This document shows positions 9,943 through 20,477 of a stretch of DNA of 64,000 nucleotides, one piece after another (position 1 is the first letter of the stretch; every line of letters begins with the position of its first letter). Source of the DNA: Syntrophales bacterium (GTDB lineage Bacteria > Desulfobacterota > Syntrophia > Syntrophales > CG2-30-49-12); assembly GCA_041648505.1 (NCBI GenBank), contig JBAZOY010000002.1:2200-66199 (forward strand), in the 5' to 3' direction. The notes below the pieces were generated by a model, which saw nothing but the letters and a program-made list of their open reading frames with translations, was not told the origin of the DNA and ran no database searches. A program made the position numbers and the translations under genes.

Positions 9943-10578
9943 GTGAAGAGAAAACTGAAAACTATATTTTTAACTGGTCTTGCCGTCATCACTCCTATAG
10001 GATTAACAATTTATATTCTCTTCTTTATTGTTGATCTGATGGACACCATCTTGAAGGTTATTCCCGCAAGATATCATCCTGATACATTACTGCTGTTTCA
10101 TGTACCGGGGTTTGGTATTATTGTGACGGTGATATTAATTTTTATCTGTGGTCTTGTAACCCAGAGTTATTTTGGCAGCAGACTTGTAGAGTGGGGAGAG
10201 AGGCTGGTAGATAAAATACCTGTTATAAGAAGTTTCTATCAAGCTATAAAGATGGTCGCCGATGTTATGTTTAAGAGTAAAACCAAGAATTTTAAAACGG
10301 TCGTTATGGTTGAATTTCCCCGTAAGGCAATGTATTCTATTGCGTTTGTAACGGGTAGGCCCAGTGATGAGATGCGAACCAGGATAGGAGATAGCGGCAA
10401 CTATATCAGCGTCTTTTTGCCGACTGCACCCAACCCGACAACCGGATTGCTTATCATGTTGCCGGAAGAGCAGGTGATCTATACGGAGATGACGGTGGAA
10501 GAGGCGTTTACTTTGATTATGTCCGGTGGAATTGTTACCCCTCCAAATCATTTTTCGAAGGCGGAAATGGGCCGTTAG
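9943..10578 (+). CDS. DUF502-family membrane protein
   Basis: Two N-terminal TM helices plus 'PVIRSFYQAIKMV'. I prefer the GTG at 9943 because GGGAGG lies 10 nt upstream; the ORF-track start is 9916. Confidence 0.8.
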   Translation: MKRKLKTIFLTGLAVITPIGLTIYILFFIVDLMDTILKVIPARYHPDTLLLFHVPGFGIIVTVILIFICGLVTQSYFGSRLVEWGERLVDKIPVIRSFYQAIKMVADVMFKSKTKNFKTVVMVEFPRKAMYSIAFVTGRPSDEMRTRIGDSGNYISVFLPTAPNPTTGLLIMLPEEQVIYTEMTVEEAFTLIMSGGIVTPPNHFSKAEMGR

Positions 10579-10662
10579 TGAGGGCTATCCGGGTATCAGA
10601 GGATATGGAAATAGAGGACGAGATGGAAAGGTACTTAATTTGATCAAGTAAGGAGAGTTTGT

Positions 10663-11841
10663 ATGCAAATTACATCCGAGAGTGTAAAGGTAGGGCATCC
10701 CGATATAGTATCGGATTCAATCGCGGCGAATCTGATTGCTGCCATTCTGGATGAAGAACATAAACTTGGTATGACTGTTGATACCATGCCCCATTGCGGC
10801 ATAGAGGTTTTTTTAGGGAAGGGACTCTGTATCATTGGTGGGGAAGTTGCTACCCGAAGCTATGTGGACATCGAGAGGTGTGTCCGTGAGACGGTTCTAT
10901 CTATAGGTTATAAAGACTATGGACTCGGTCTTAACGGCAACTCGATGGGGGTTCTTAACACGATTGTTCCCCAGTCCCCGGATATCAATATGGGGACACG
11001 TGCCGATATGGGTAAATACAAGGAAATCGGAGCCGGCGACCAGGGTATTATTTACGGCTTTGCCTGCAATGAGACCCCGGAACTGCTGCCTCTTCCCTAT
11101 GTTCTTGCAAGCCGCTTGATGAGAACATTTGAAGATTGCGGAAATCCTGTGTTTGCTCCGGACGGCAAGGGACAGGTAACGGTGGATTATGACGAGCAGG
11201 GGGTGCCCTTACGGGTGGCCACCATTCTAATGTCTAACGCTATTGATTATCGCCATGTCCCTCCAAGTTTCAGAACCAGTATAGAATCACAGGCCAGGCA
11301 AATGGCCATGGATTGCCTTAGAGAGTGGGTGGATGAAAAAACCGAATTTCTGTTTAACCCTACAGGAGAATGGCAATCCATTAATTCATGCAGTGCTGCT
11401 GATTCGGGACTGACCGGTCGCAAAATTGTTGTTCAGCTTTATGGAGGATACCCGGGTGCTCAGGTAGGGGGGGGGGCAGTTGTCAACAAAACACCGGAGA
11501 AAGTTGATTGTTCCGCAGCCTTTGGAGCGCGGTATGTGGCCAAGAATATTGTTGCTGCCGGGCTGGTCACCAGGTGTTCAGTTCAGCTGGCCTATGCCAT
11601 CGGTATTGCCAGACCTATCTCCGTTTATATAAATTCTTTTGGGACTGGTATCGTCTCCGACAGTAAACTGGTCACTTTGGTCAAGGAATACTTTGATATG
11701 TCTCCCCGGGGTATGATCGAGCAATTTGACCTTCTGAATGGAGATATCTATAGAAAACTACCCCGGACATTCTTTCTCGATGATTATCTCTGGGAGAAAA
11801 CGGATAAGTGTGAAGGACTGAAGCAGGCTGCTGCTATTTGA
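10663..11841 (+). CDS. metK: S-adenosylmethionine synthetase (divergent)
   Basis: 'TSESVKVGHPD', 'GAGDQGIIYGFACNETPELLPLP', 'DSGLTGRKIVV', 'GGGAVVNKTPEKVDCSAAFGARYVAKNIVAAG'. Confidence 0.85.
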   Translation: MQITSESVKVGHPDIVSDSIAANLIAAILDEEHKLGMTVDTMPHCGIEVFLGKGLCIIGGEVATRSYVDIERCVRETVLSIGYKDYGLGLNGNSMGVLNTIVPQSPDINMGTRADMGKYKEIGAGDQGIIYGFACNETPELLPLPYVLASRLMRTFEDCGNPVFAPDGKGQVTVDYDEQGVPLRVATILMSNAIDYRHVPPSFRTSIESQARQMAMDCLREWVDEKTEFLFNPTGEWQSINSCSAADSGLTGRKIVVQLYGGYPGAQVGGGAVVNKTPEKVDCSAAFGARYVAKNIVAAGLVTRCSVQLAYAIGIARPISVYINSFGTGIVSDSKLVTLVKEYFDMSPRGMIEQFDLLNGDIYRKLPRTFFLDDYLWEKTDKCEGLKQAAAI

Positions 11842-11877
11842 AATATTGGGGAATTTGAGCTGGGAAGTGAGGAAGGT

Positions 11878-13296
11878 ATGAACTTCGAGGAAATTGACGG
11901 AACTTTAAAATACAGAATTGCCGACATTTCTCTCGCCGGTTGGGGGCGCAAGGAGTTGGCGCTTGCCGAAAATGAGATGCCCGGTCTGATGGCCGTGAGG
12001 GGGAAATATGGTCCGCAGAAACCTCTAAAAGGTTTGAAAATTATGGGTAGCCTTCACATGACCATTCAAACGGCGATGCTGATCGAAACACTTCAATGTC
12101 TTGGTGCTGATATTAGATGGGCCTCATGCAATATTTTCTCAACGCAGGATCATGCGGCAGCCGCCGTTGCTAAAGCAGGGTCTGCAGCTGTTTTTGCCTG
12201 GAAGGGAGAATCTCTTGAGGAATATTGGTGGTGTACGGAACAGGCACTGATCTGGCCGGATGGTTCCGGACCTGATCTGATTGTTGATGATGGTGGTGAT
12301 GCGACTCTTTTCGTTCACCAGGGTGTCAGGGTGGAGAAGGAACCATTGTTGCTTGACAAAGTATGCGATAACAGAGAAATGCAGGTTGTTATGGAACGTC
12401 TCGGGAACAGCTTAAAGCAGGATCGAGAGCGTTGGCAGCGAGTAGCGGCAAATGTCAGGGGCGTTTCCGAGGAGACTACGACAGGTGTTCACAGGTTATA
12501 CCAAATGGCTCAGGCTGGTGAACTGCTTTTTCCTGCCATAAATGTCAATGATTCGGTAACCAAGTCGAAATTTGACAACCTTTATGGTTGTCGGGAATCA
12601 CTTGCTGACGGTATCAAGCGTGCAACAGATATTATGGTGTCGGGTAAAATTGTTGTGATCTGCGGATATGGCGATGTCGGCAAAGGTTGTGCTCAGTCAA
12701 TGCGGGGTATTGGAGCCCGCTGTATTATCGTTGAGATTGATCCAATCTGTGCCCTGCAAGCCGCTATGGAGGGATATGAAGTTACCACTCTGGAGGATAT
12801 TGTAGGCAAAGGTGATATTTTTATTACCGCAACGGGTTGCTGCGATGTCATTACGGGCCAACATATGGAAAAGATGCAGAACGAGGCAATTGTATGCAAC
12901 ATTGGCCACTTCGATAGCGAGATTGCCATATGTTATCTTGAAGAAAACTGTACAAAAGAAAATATCAAACCACAGGTGGATAAATGGGCCATGAAATCGG
13001 GTATATCCATTATCGTTCTTGCAGAAGGGCGATTGGTTAATCTGGGATGTGCTACCGGCCATCCCAGTTTTGTTATGAGTTGCAGCTTTACCAATCAGTG
13101 TCTTGCCCAGATCGAACTGGCAAGCAAAAGATATGAAACCGGTGTTTATACCCTACCGAAGAAGCTTGATGAGGAGGTGGCAAGATTGCATCTTAGCCGT
13201 CTGGGAATAAAGCTCTCAAAGTTGACTTCAAAACAGGCCGCTTATCTTGGGGTTCAGGTTGAAGGTCCCTTTAAGCAGGATCAATATCGCTATTAG
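11878..13296 (+). CDS. ahcY: Adenosylhomocysteinase
   Basis: '[14 protein letters not shown]', '[22 protein letters not shown]', NAD fold '[13 protein letters not shown]'. 472 aa. Confidence 0.95.
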   Translation: MNFEEIDGTLKYRIADISLAGWGRKELALAENEMPGLMAVRGKYGPQKPLKGLKIMGSLHMTIQTAMLIETLQCLGADIRWASCNIFSTQDHAAAAVAKAGSAAVFAWKGESLEEYWWCTEQALIWPDGSGPDLIVDDGGDATLFVHQGVRVEKEPLLLDKVCDNREMQVVMERLGNSLKQDRERWQRVAANVRGVSEETTTGVHRLYQMAQAGELLFPAINVNDSVTKSKFDNLYGCRESLADGIKRATDIMVSGKIVVICGYGDVGKGCAQSMRGIGARCIIVEIDPICALQAAMEGYEVTTLEDIVGKGDIFITATGCCDVITGQHMEKMQNEAIVCNIGHFDSEIAICYLEENCTKENIKPQVDKWAMKSGISIIVLAEGRLVNLGCATGHPSFVMSCSFTNQCLAQIELASKRYETGVYTLPKKLDEEVARLHLSRLGIKLSKLTSKQAAYLGVQVEGPFKQDQYRY

Positions 13297-13494
13297 GTTT
13301 ATTATTCTCATCATTACAAGAGAAAATTCCTTGAAATTGTCGATTAATCCATTTTTAAATTTCTTAATAGGCATCTTTTTCCTCTTGACAACAAAGGCAA
13401 CTTTAGTGTAACGAGTGTCTGCCGCTCTTAACCATAGTGGCAGCGGAGTGCAGCATGAAGGAGTAGCATCGCTAAGTTTTTACAGGAGTTAACT

Positions 13495-13848
13495 GTGCTG
13501 GAATACATCCCCATCTTTATCATGATGTCCCTTGCAGGGATCACGGCCGTTCTTTTAGTGGGCGCTTCTCACATCCTTGGCCATAGAATAAATAAGACAG
13601 CGAAGCTTTCTCCGTATGAATGCGGCATGCAGACTGTAGGCGCAACGCGGAGGAGGATCACCATTCGTTACTACATTGTAGCGATGCTCTTTCTCATCTT
13701 CGACATAGAAATACTCTTCCTTTATCCCTGGGCAGTAGTAACAAAGAGCCTTAAACTGTTTGGATTTATTGAGATGTTGGTCTTTGTATCCATCCTCTTC
13801 ATCGGTTACGTTTATGTTTGGAAGAAAGGGGCTTTGGAATGGGAATAG
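13495..13848 (+). CDS. nuoA: NADH-quinone oxidoreductase subunit A
   Basis: Three TM helices, the 'LSPYECG' motif, and first position in the nuo operon. Confidence 0.9.
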   Translation: MLEYIPIFIMMSLAGITAVLLVGASHILGHRINKTAKLSPYECGMQTVGATRRRITIRYYIVAMLFLIFDIEILFLYPWAVVTKSLKLFGFIEMLVFVSILFIGYVYVWKKGALEWE

Positions 13849-14336
13849 ATAATAACTTGCAGGCGATACCCCCCCTGCAGAAGGTTGTCAACTGGGGACG
13901 AAAAAACGCAATATGGCCCGTTACGTTCGGGCTGGCCTGCTGTGCCATTGAGATGATGGTTGCCAGTTCTGCAGCCTACGATATTGCACGGTTTGGTGCG
14001 GAAGTCTTCAGACCTTCTCCGCGGCAGGCAGACCTTATGATTGTTGCCGGGACAGTTACCAAGACTATGGCGCCAATGCTGAAAAGGATCTATGAGCAGA
14101 TGCCCGAGCCAAAGTGGGTAATTGCCTATGGGGCGTGTGCGTCAAGCGGAGGGATGTTTAAAACTTATAATGTAGTACAGGGTGTAGATCAGATAGTCCC
14201 TGTAGATGTATATGTGCCCGGTTGTCCTCCAAGGCCTGAAGCTTTGCTCAAAGCCCTTATGAAACTCCAGGACAAGATCACCCTTGAAGGTCCAGGAGAA
14301 AGAAAACTTGTTAGTTTACCATGGGAGAAGAAATGA
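13839..14336 (+). CDS. nuoB: NADH-quinone oxidoreductase subunit B
   Basis: '[11 protein letters not shown]' and 'GCPPRPEAL' cluster-N2 ligand motifs. The ATG at 13839 is preferred over the track start at 13818. Confidence 0.92.
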   Translation: MGIDNNLQAIPPLQKVVNWGRKNAIWPVTFGLACCAIEMMVASSAAYDIARFGAEVFRPSPRQADLMIVAGTVTKTMAPMLKRIYEQMPEPKWVIAYGACASSGGMFKTYNVVQGVDQIVPVDVYVPGCPPRPEALLKALMKLQDKITLEGPGERKLVSLPWEKK

Positions 14337-14839
14337 GCATGGTTCGTAACCCTGTAGAAGCTTTACAAGAAAGTTTTGGAGATGCCATCCGGAAGGTGGA
14401 GGAATTCAGGGGAGAAATCAGCGTAACGGTTGATAAGAGCAAAATACGAGAGGTCATGTTTTTTCTTAGAGACAATGGCAATTTTCTTTACGATATGCTC
14501 ATTGATCTGTGTGGTGTCGATTACTGTGGAGATGCTCAACGCTTTGAAATTGTTTACCTTTTACGATCATCGAGATTTGGAAACAGGATAACAATAAAGG
14601 CAAGGTTGCAGGAAAATGAGGATGTTGACACGGTGATGGATATCTGGATGGCTGCAGACTGGCTGGAGAGGGAAGTGTACGATGTGCTCGGGATAAAGTT
14701 TAATAACCATTCTGACCTGAGGCGTATACTCCTGCCGGATGAGTTTGTCGGTCACCCGTTGAGAAAAGATTTCCCTGTACAAGGGTACGATTTCGAGAAA
14801 CCGTTTTCAGTGCAGTTAGAGGAAGAATCAAATGGCTGA
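14333..14839 (+). CDS. nuoC: NADH-quinone oxidoreductase subunit C
   Basis: '[29 protein letters not shown]'. The ATGA start/stop overlap with nuoB is assumed. Confidence 0.9.
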   Translation: MSMVRNPVEALQESFGDAIRKVEEFRGEISVTVDKSKIREVMFFLRDNGNFLYDMLIDLCGVDYCGDAQRFEIVYLLRSSRFGNRITIKARLQENEDVDTVMDIWMAADWLEREVYDVLGIKFNNHSDLRRILLPDEFVGHPLRKDFPVQGYDFEKPFSVQLEEESNG

Positions 14840-16004
14840 AACTCTCAATATGACGGTCAACATGGGGCCTCAACATCCGGCGACTCACGGGGTGTTGAGA
14901 GTGCTCCTCGAACTTGACGGAGAAATAATCGTCAAAGCAACTCCCTGCATCGGGTATCTCCACAGGGGTGTTGAAAAATTAGCGGAAACAATGACGTACA
15001 ATCAGGCGCTTACTCTTACCGACAGGCTTGATTATACAAACGGGCTTTCCAATAATCTATCCTATTGCCTTGCCGTAGAGAAACTTCTCGACCTGAAAAT
15101 ACCAAAAAGGGCACAATACCTTAGGGTAATGCTTGCCGAACTCCAGAGAATATCGGCGCACCTCCTCTGGCTTGCCACACATGCCCTCGATATAGGGGCA
15201 ATGACGGTCTTCTTCTATGCCTTCAGAGAAAGGGAAACGATTCTTGGAATATTAGAGCAGACAACCGGTGCCAGATTGACGCCGAGTTTTATAAGAGTTG
15301 GCGGGCTTGCTGCAGATATACCGGATACATTTACGGCTTCGGTGAAGACTTTTGTTGATGACTTCCCTGCAAGGGTGGACGAGTACGAGACCCTTCTTAC
15401 AGACAACATCATCTGGAAGAAGAGGACTCAGAATATTGCTCTCCTTTCGAGGGAGGATGCCTTAAATTACGGAATCACCGGTCCGGTGCTGCGCGCCTCC
15501 GGCGTTAAATACGATGTGAGAAAGGCTTATCCTTACTCCAGTTACGATGATTTTGAATTCGAGATTCCTCTGGGCAGGAATGGCGATATTTATGACAGGT
15601 ATGTCGTACGGCTCAAAGAGATGAGGCAGTCGAACAGAATTGTAAAGCAGACCCTGGAAAAGCTGCCTGAAGGTCCTGTGCGTGCCCATGCATTAACTGT
15701 GGTATCTCCGGATAAGGCGGATGTTCAGAAAGATATAGCCGCTCTCATAAGGCATTTTAAGATAATGGCCGAAGGATTTAAAACCCCTTGCGGGGAAGTA
15801 TATTCATCAGTTGAGGCCCCGAAAGGCGAACTCGGTTTCTATATTGTTAGTGACGGTACAAATAAACCCTTTCGGATGAGGATCAGACCCCCTTCCTTTA
15901 TTAATCTCGGCATACTGCCGAAGATGGCAGAAGGACTGATGATAGCGGATGTGGTAGCAGCCATCGGGAGTCTTGATATTGTGCTGGGTGAGATAGACAG
16001 GTAG
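14832..16004 (+). CDS. nuoD: NADH-quinone oxidoreductase subunit D
   Basis: 'NMGPQHPATHGVLR', 'IGYLHRGVEKL', and C-terminal 'DIVLGEIDR'. Confidence 0.95.
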   Translation: MAETLNMTVNMGPQHPATHGVLRVLLELDGEIIVKATPCIGYLHRGVEKLAETMTYNQALTLTDRLDYTNGLSNNLSYCLAVEKLLDLKIPKRAQYLRVMLAELQRISAHLLWLATHALDIGAMTVFFYAFRERETILGILEQTTGARLTPSFIRVGGLAADIPDTFTASVKTFVDDFPARVDEYETLLTDNIIWKKRTQNIALLSREDALNYGITGPVLRASGVKYDVRKAYPYSSYDDFEFEIPLGRNGDIYDRYVVRLKEMRQSNRIVKQTLEKLPEGPVRAHALTVVSPDKADVQKDIAALIRHFKIMAEGFKTPCGEVYSSVEAPKGELGFYIVSDGTNKPFRMRIRPPSFINLGILPKMAEGLMIADVVAAIGSLDIVLGEIDR

Positions 16005-16021
16005 TGAGAAGGTAATTTTAT

Positions 16022-17008
16022 ATGGAAACAGTTCCTTTTATCCTTGAATCACTAATAAAAGTTGTGGTGGTATTCTCCGTGGTGATGCTTATTGTCGCCT
16101 ATATCACCTTGTTAGAAAGGAAGTTCCTCGGCTTTATTCAGGTGAGACTGGGACCCAACAGGGTGGGACCTTGCGGTATATGGCAGCCCTTGGCTGATGG
16201 TATAAAATCATTCTTCAAAGAAGACATCATCCCTTTACAGGCGGATAAACCCCTGTTTGTCATGGCTCCTATGATCTGTTTCTTTGCCGCCCTTTCCATG
16301 TTTGCGGTGATTCCTTTCGGGGATAGTGTTTATCTTTTCGGGAGGAAGATAAAGCTCGTTATTGCTGATGTTGATATTGGGCTTCTCTATATCTTTGCGC
16401 TGGGGACTCTCGGTGAATACGGGGTAGTGCTTGGCGGATGGTCGTCGGGCAATAAATATGGTGTCCTCGGAGCTTTGAGGACGGCAGCCCAGATGATCAG
16501 CTATGAAGCCGCTCTGGGCCTTACCCTGATCGGTACCGTCATTCTGGCCGGTTCTCTGCGGCTGACAGATATCGTAGAGGCGCAGAGGGGTGTATGGTTT
16601 ATTGTTTACCAGCCGTTTGCCTTTATCTTATATATTGTTGCCGGGCTTGCGGAGGTGAACAGGACTCCCTTTGACATGCCGGAATCGGAAAGCGAGCTCG
16701 CATGCGGTTATAACATAGAATACAGTAGTATGAAATTTGCACTTTTCTTTATGGCAGAGTATGCCCATATAGTGGTTGTCGCGGCTGTGGCAACAACTCT
16801 TTTCCTCGGTGGATGGCTGGGGCCATTTCTCCCCGGACCTGTCTGGTTCCTTATAAAAGTTTTTTTCGTTGTGTTTTTCTTTATCTGGGAACGAGCTACG
16901 TTTCCGCGATTACGTTACGACCATGTTATGCAGTTTGGGTGGAAGGTCTTATTCCCGTTAGCACTTCTGAATGTGGTGGTAACAGCCTGTATTGTAGCGC
17001 TGAAATAA
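16022..17008 (+). CDS. nuoH: NADH-quinone oxidoreductase subunit H
   Basis: 'LLERKFLGFIQVRLGPNRVGPCGIWQPLADGIK' and 'EVNRTPFDMPESESELA'. It starts 18 nt after nuoD, so there is no room for nuoEFG. Confidence 0.95.
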   Translation: METVPFILESLIKVVVVFSVVMLIVAYITLLERKFLGFIQVRLGPNRVGPCGIWQPLADGIKSFFKEDIIPLQADKPLFVMAPMICFFAALSMFAVIPFGDSVYLFGRKIKLVIADVDIGLLYIFALGTLGEYGVVLGGWSSGNKYGVLGALRTAAQMISYEAALGLTLIGTVILAGSLRLTDIVEAQRGVWFIVYQPFAFILYIVAGLAEVNRTPFDMPESESELACGYNIEYSSMKFALFFMAEYAHIVVVAAVATTLFLGGWLGPFLPGPVWFLIKVFFVVFFFIWERATFPRLRYDHVMQFGWKVLFPLALLNVVVTACIVALK

Positions 17009-17020
17009 GGTGAAGAAGTT

Positions 17021-17419
17021 ATGATTATTATTCCACTCTTGAAAGGTTTATGGTTAACTTTAAAGAGATTTTTCTCAAAGAGAATTACTGTTCAGTATCC
17101 GGAGGAGAGGCGACCTATCTCTCCGAGGTGGAGAGGGCTCCATTACTTTGAGAAGAATTCCGCTGGAGAAACGCTATGTGTGGCATGTGGCTTGTGTGTC
17201 GCCGTTTGTCCCTCCCATTGTATAACCCTTGAAATTTACGAACCGGAGAATGGCATCCGTTATCCGCTAAGATACGAAATAGATTCATTAAGGTGTATAT
17301 TTTGTGGATTCTGCCAGGAGGCATGTCCGGTTAATGCGATAAAACTTGGCCAGAATTACGAGTATGTCCATTACGAAAGGGCGGATTTTCTTTTGACAAA
17401 GGAGAAACTTCTTTCTTAA
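17021..17419 (+). CDS. nuoI: NADH-quinone oxidoreductase subunit I
   Basis: Two ferredoxin motifs, 'CVACGLCVAVCP' and 'CIFCGFCQEACP'. Confidence 0.93.
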   Translation: MIIIPLLKGLWLTLKRFFSKRITVQYPEERRPISPRWRGLHYFEKNSAGETLCVACGLCVAVCPSHCITLEIYEPENGIRYPLRYEIDSLRCIFCGFCQEACPVNAIKLGQNYEYVHYERADFLLTKEKLLS

Positions 17420-17550
17420 GCCGGGGATCAGGAGAGCGGTGATAGAGCAAGAACCGATGATCCCTGACAATCGGTAATCGACGACTGATAAAACTATTGA
17501 CATTTGACCTTTGTGAACCGGTACTAGAATGGTTTCAAATGGAGAGATAG

Positions 17551-18090
17551 ATGGACTTCTTATGGTTTAAATGGGGCCTGTTTGGTGTTATGGCGGTACT
17601 TTCCGTGGTTTCATCTCTCATGATGGTGACGAGAAGAAACCCCATACATAGCGCATTATGGATGATCGCGACGTTTTGTGCTTTAGCGGTAATCTATCTG
17701 ATGCTGCATGCCCAGTTTATAGCCGTGGCTCAGGTAATGGTGTATGCAGGCGCGATAATGATGCTGATAATTTTTGTTATCATGCTGGTTCATCTTGAAA
17801 AAGATGTTGTCTCTCAAGGGGGGGTCTCCACAACAAAGTTTGTGGGGGGATTCATTACTGTTATTCTCTTCCTGGAAATTATTTTTGTGATCTTATCGTC
17901 TCAAATGACCGGAAAGGAAGGCACTTATACACCTGAAGTGTTGAGCAGTATAGGAAATGTCAGGGCAGTAGGGTATCTCCTTTACGGACAGTATCTATTC
18001 CCCTTTGAGATTGCTTCGATATTGCTTTTAGTTGGTATAGTGGGTGCTGTCGTTCTCGTCAGGGGGAAACGAAAGGTAAAAAGCTCATAG
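17551..18090 (+). CDS. nuoJ: NADH-quinone oxidoreductase subunit J
   Basis: A 5-TM protein with 'QVMVYAGAIMMLIIFVIML', placed between nuoI and nuoK. Confidence 0.88.
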   Translation: MDFLWFKWGLFGVMAVLSVVSSLMMVTRRNPIHSALWMIATFCALAVIYLMLHAQFIAVAQVMVYAGAIMMLIIFVIMLVHLEKDVVSQGGVSTTKFVGGFITVILFLEIIFVILSSQMTGKEGTYTPEVLSSIGNVRAVGYLLYGQYLFPFEIASILLLVGIVGAVVLVRGKRKVKSS

Positions 18091-18111
18091 CTGAAACACA
18101 AGGAGTGAAAG

Positions 18112-18423
18112 ATGCTTCCCGATATCCCGTATAGCTTATACTTTGCACTGTCCGGTGTACTTTTCACGATAGGAGCGATAGGCGCGATTACGAGGAGAAA
18201 TGCGATAATCGTTTTCATGTGCATCGAACTGATGTTGAATGCAGTAAATCTTGTCTTTATCGCATCAGGGAAAATGCTTTCCTCCATGGATGGGACAATT
18301 TTCGTGTTTTTCATTATGACCGTTGCAGCCGTAGAGGCGGCCGTTGGATTGGCAATATTTGTCATTATCTTTCGCTTGAAACAAACGATAAATGTTGATG
18401 AAATCAATCTCCTGAAAGGATAA
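18112..18423 (+). CDS. nuoK: NADH-quinone oxidoreductase subunit K
   Basis: 103 aa with 3 TM helices; '[11 protein letters not shown]' and '[11 protein letters not shown]'. Confidence 0.92.
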   Translation: MLPDIPYSLYFALSGVLFTIGAIGAITRRNAIIVFMCIELMLNAVNLVFIASGKMLSSMDGTIFVFFIMTVAAVEAAVGLAIFVIIFRLKQTINVDEINLLKG

Positions 18424-18434
18424 AGAGGTAGTAA

Positions 18435-20441
18435 ATGGCTGACTACATCTGGCTCATACCGGCATTTCCCGCCATAGGTTTTATCATTAACGGGTTGTTC
18501 GGAAGGGAGACTTCCAAAACGTTTGTTTCCTGGGTGGCGTGTCTTGCCATGTTTTGTTCTTTTCTTGTCTCAGTGGCAATATTTTACGAATTTTTGCAGC
18601 TTCCGCCAGCAAGCAGGGTATTTGAAAAAGACTTTTTTGACTGGATAGTCTCCGGAGAATTTAAGGTTGCAATAGGTTTTCGGATTGATGCCCTCTCTAT
18701 TATCATGTGCTTCGTGATTACGGGGGTAGGATTTCTTATCCATGTCTACTCTGCCGGCTACATGCATGACGACCCCGGTTTCGCGCGATATTTCACTTAT
18801 CTCAATTTATTTGTGTTCATGATGCTCCTTTTGGTAACGGGGAATAATATACTTCTAATGTTCGTGGGATGGGAGGGTGTCGGTCTCTGTTCCTACCTTC
18901 TCATAGGTTTCTGGTATGAAAAGGATTCTGCCGCCAATGCCGGTAAAAAGGCCTTTATTGTCAATAGGATCGGAGACTACGGTTTTCTGCTCGGGATATT
19001 TCTCCTCTTTGTAAGTCTGGGGAGCCACGGTATCTGGACGTTAAAATATTCCGAGATCCAGCCCCATGCCCATCTCCTTAGTGCCTCTGTCGTTACGGTT
19101 ATTACTCTTTTGTTCTTTGTGGGCGCTATGGGAAAATCGGCCCAGATTCCCCTCTATGTGTGGCTGCCTGATGCTATGGAAGGCCCGACACCAGTGAGTT
19201 CCCTTATCCATGCTGCTACTATGGTAACGGCAGGCGTGTATATGATAGCAAGGCTCAACTTTCTGTACAGTATGGCGCCTGATACTATGTTGGTTGTGGC
19301 GGTGGTGGGCGTACTTACAGCCTTGTTTGCCGCATCAATAGGTTTTGCCCAGTACGATATCAAAAGGGTGCTTGCTTATTCCACCGTAAGTCAGTTGGGT
19401 TTCATGTTTGTTGCCGTGGGTGTAGGCTCGTACGCGACAGGTATCTTCCATCTCATGACACACGCCTTCTTTAAAGGCCTCCTGTTTCTTGGAGCGGGAA
19501 GTGTCATGCATGCCATGAGTGGTGAACTTGACATGAGGAAAATGGGGGGGTTAAGGAAAAAAATACCTGTTACCTACTGGACGTTTTTCATCGCCTGTCT
19601 GGCCATTTCGGGAATTCCAGGCTTCTCCGGTTTCTTCAGTAAGGATGAGATCCTGTGGAAGGCCTTCAGTTCCGGTCATTGGGTGATCTGGTTAATTGCG
19701 GCGGTAACGGCAGGTATGACGGCATTTTATATGTTCCGTCTACTTTTTTGTACATTCCACGGTGAATGCCGGGCATCAGAGGAAGTTAAACATCATATAC
19801 ACGAGTCTCCCAAGGTTATGACTATTCCTTTGATGATTCTTGCGTTTCTTGCTTTAGTAGGTGGATATGTCGGTGTACCTCATATACTCGGCGGTGAGAA
19901 CCGCTTCGAAAAATTTCTCGAGCCGGTTTTCAGTTCGGTAGAAAATATAGAACCTGTAGAACATGCCGCGGCTGTGCCTAATTTTGACCTTACAAGTAAA
20001 GCATGGGCTGGGACTGGGGAAGGGAGCGCGGCGGTTCATCATAGCAGCTCTTTAGAGATTAATCTGATGATTCTCTCTGTTGTTATCGCTCTTATCGGGA
20101 TCTATGCGGCCTATGTGCTTTACCTGAAAAAGCCTGAGTTACCAAAGAAATTTGTAGCGAAATTCCCCGGTTTCTATAACATGGTTCATAATAAGTATTT
20201 TGTAGATGAGATTTACTTTACCCTTTTTGTCAGAAGTATTCTGGGAGCAGGCAAGTTCCTGTTACGTGTTGTGGATCAAGGGATTATTGATGGAATTGTA
20301 AACGGGACCGGATACGTGATGAGAGGTATAGGCTCTATCATAAGACGTGTAGAGACCGGTTATGTGCAAGGATATGCCTTTGCTATGATTTTAGGGGCAA
20401 TCATTGTGGTTGGCTACCTCATCTTGAAGCCGTTCATATAA
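18435..20441 (+). CDS. nuoL: NADH-quinone oxidoreductase subunit L
   Basis: 'MFVGWEGVGLCSYLLIGFW', 'GKSAQIPLYVWLPDAMEGPTPVS'. 668 aa. Confidence 0.95.
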   Translation: MADYIWLIPAFPAIGFIINGLFGRETSKTFVSWVACLAMFCSFLVSVAIFYEFLQLPPASRVFEKDFFDWIVSGEFKVAIGFRIDALSIIMCFVITGVGFLIHVYSAGYMHDDPGFARYFTYLNLFVFMMLLLVTGNNILLMFVGWEGVGLCSYLLIGFWYEKDSAANAGKKAFIVNRIGDYGFLLGIFLLFVSLGSHGIWTLKYSEIQPHAHLLSASVVTVITLLFFVGAMGKSAQIPLYVWLPDAMEGPTPVSSLIHAATMVTAGVYMIARLNFLYSMAPDTMLVVAVVGVLTALFAASIGFAQYDIKRVLAYSTVSQLGFMFVAVGVGSYATGIFHLMTHAFFKGLLFLGAGSVMHAMSGELDMRKMGGLRKKIPVTYWTFFIACLAISGIPGFSGFFSKDEILWKAFSSGHWVIWLIAAVTAGMTAFYMFRLLFCTFHGECRASEEVKHHIHESPKVMTIPLMILAFLALVGGYVGVPHILGGENRFEKFLEPVFSSVENIEPVEHAAAVPNFDLTSKAWAGTGEGSAAVHHSSSLEINLMILSVVIALIGIYAAYVLYLKKPELPKKFVAKFPGFYNMVHNKYFVDEIYFTLFVRSILGAGKFLLRVVDQGIIDGIVNGTGYVMRGIGSIIRRVETGYVQGYAFAMILGAIIVVGYLILKPFI

Positions 20442-20477
20442 AGCGTTAAGCGTGTAAATGTGTAAAGGGGTATTTAA

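Noticed and set aside
17420-17550. 131-bp gap inside the nuo operon, with a 7-bp inverted repeat (GGGATCA...TGATCCC) and a TTGACC-15-TAGAAT promoter-like pair
   Set aside because: The spacer length is suboptimal and the stem is short with a 27-nt loop. It is plausibly just an intercistronic region, so I did not call a feature.
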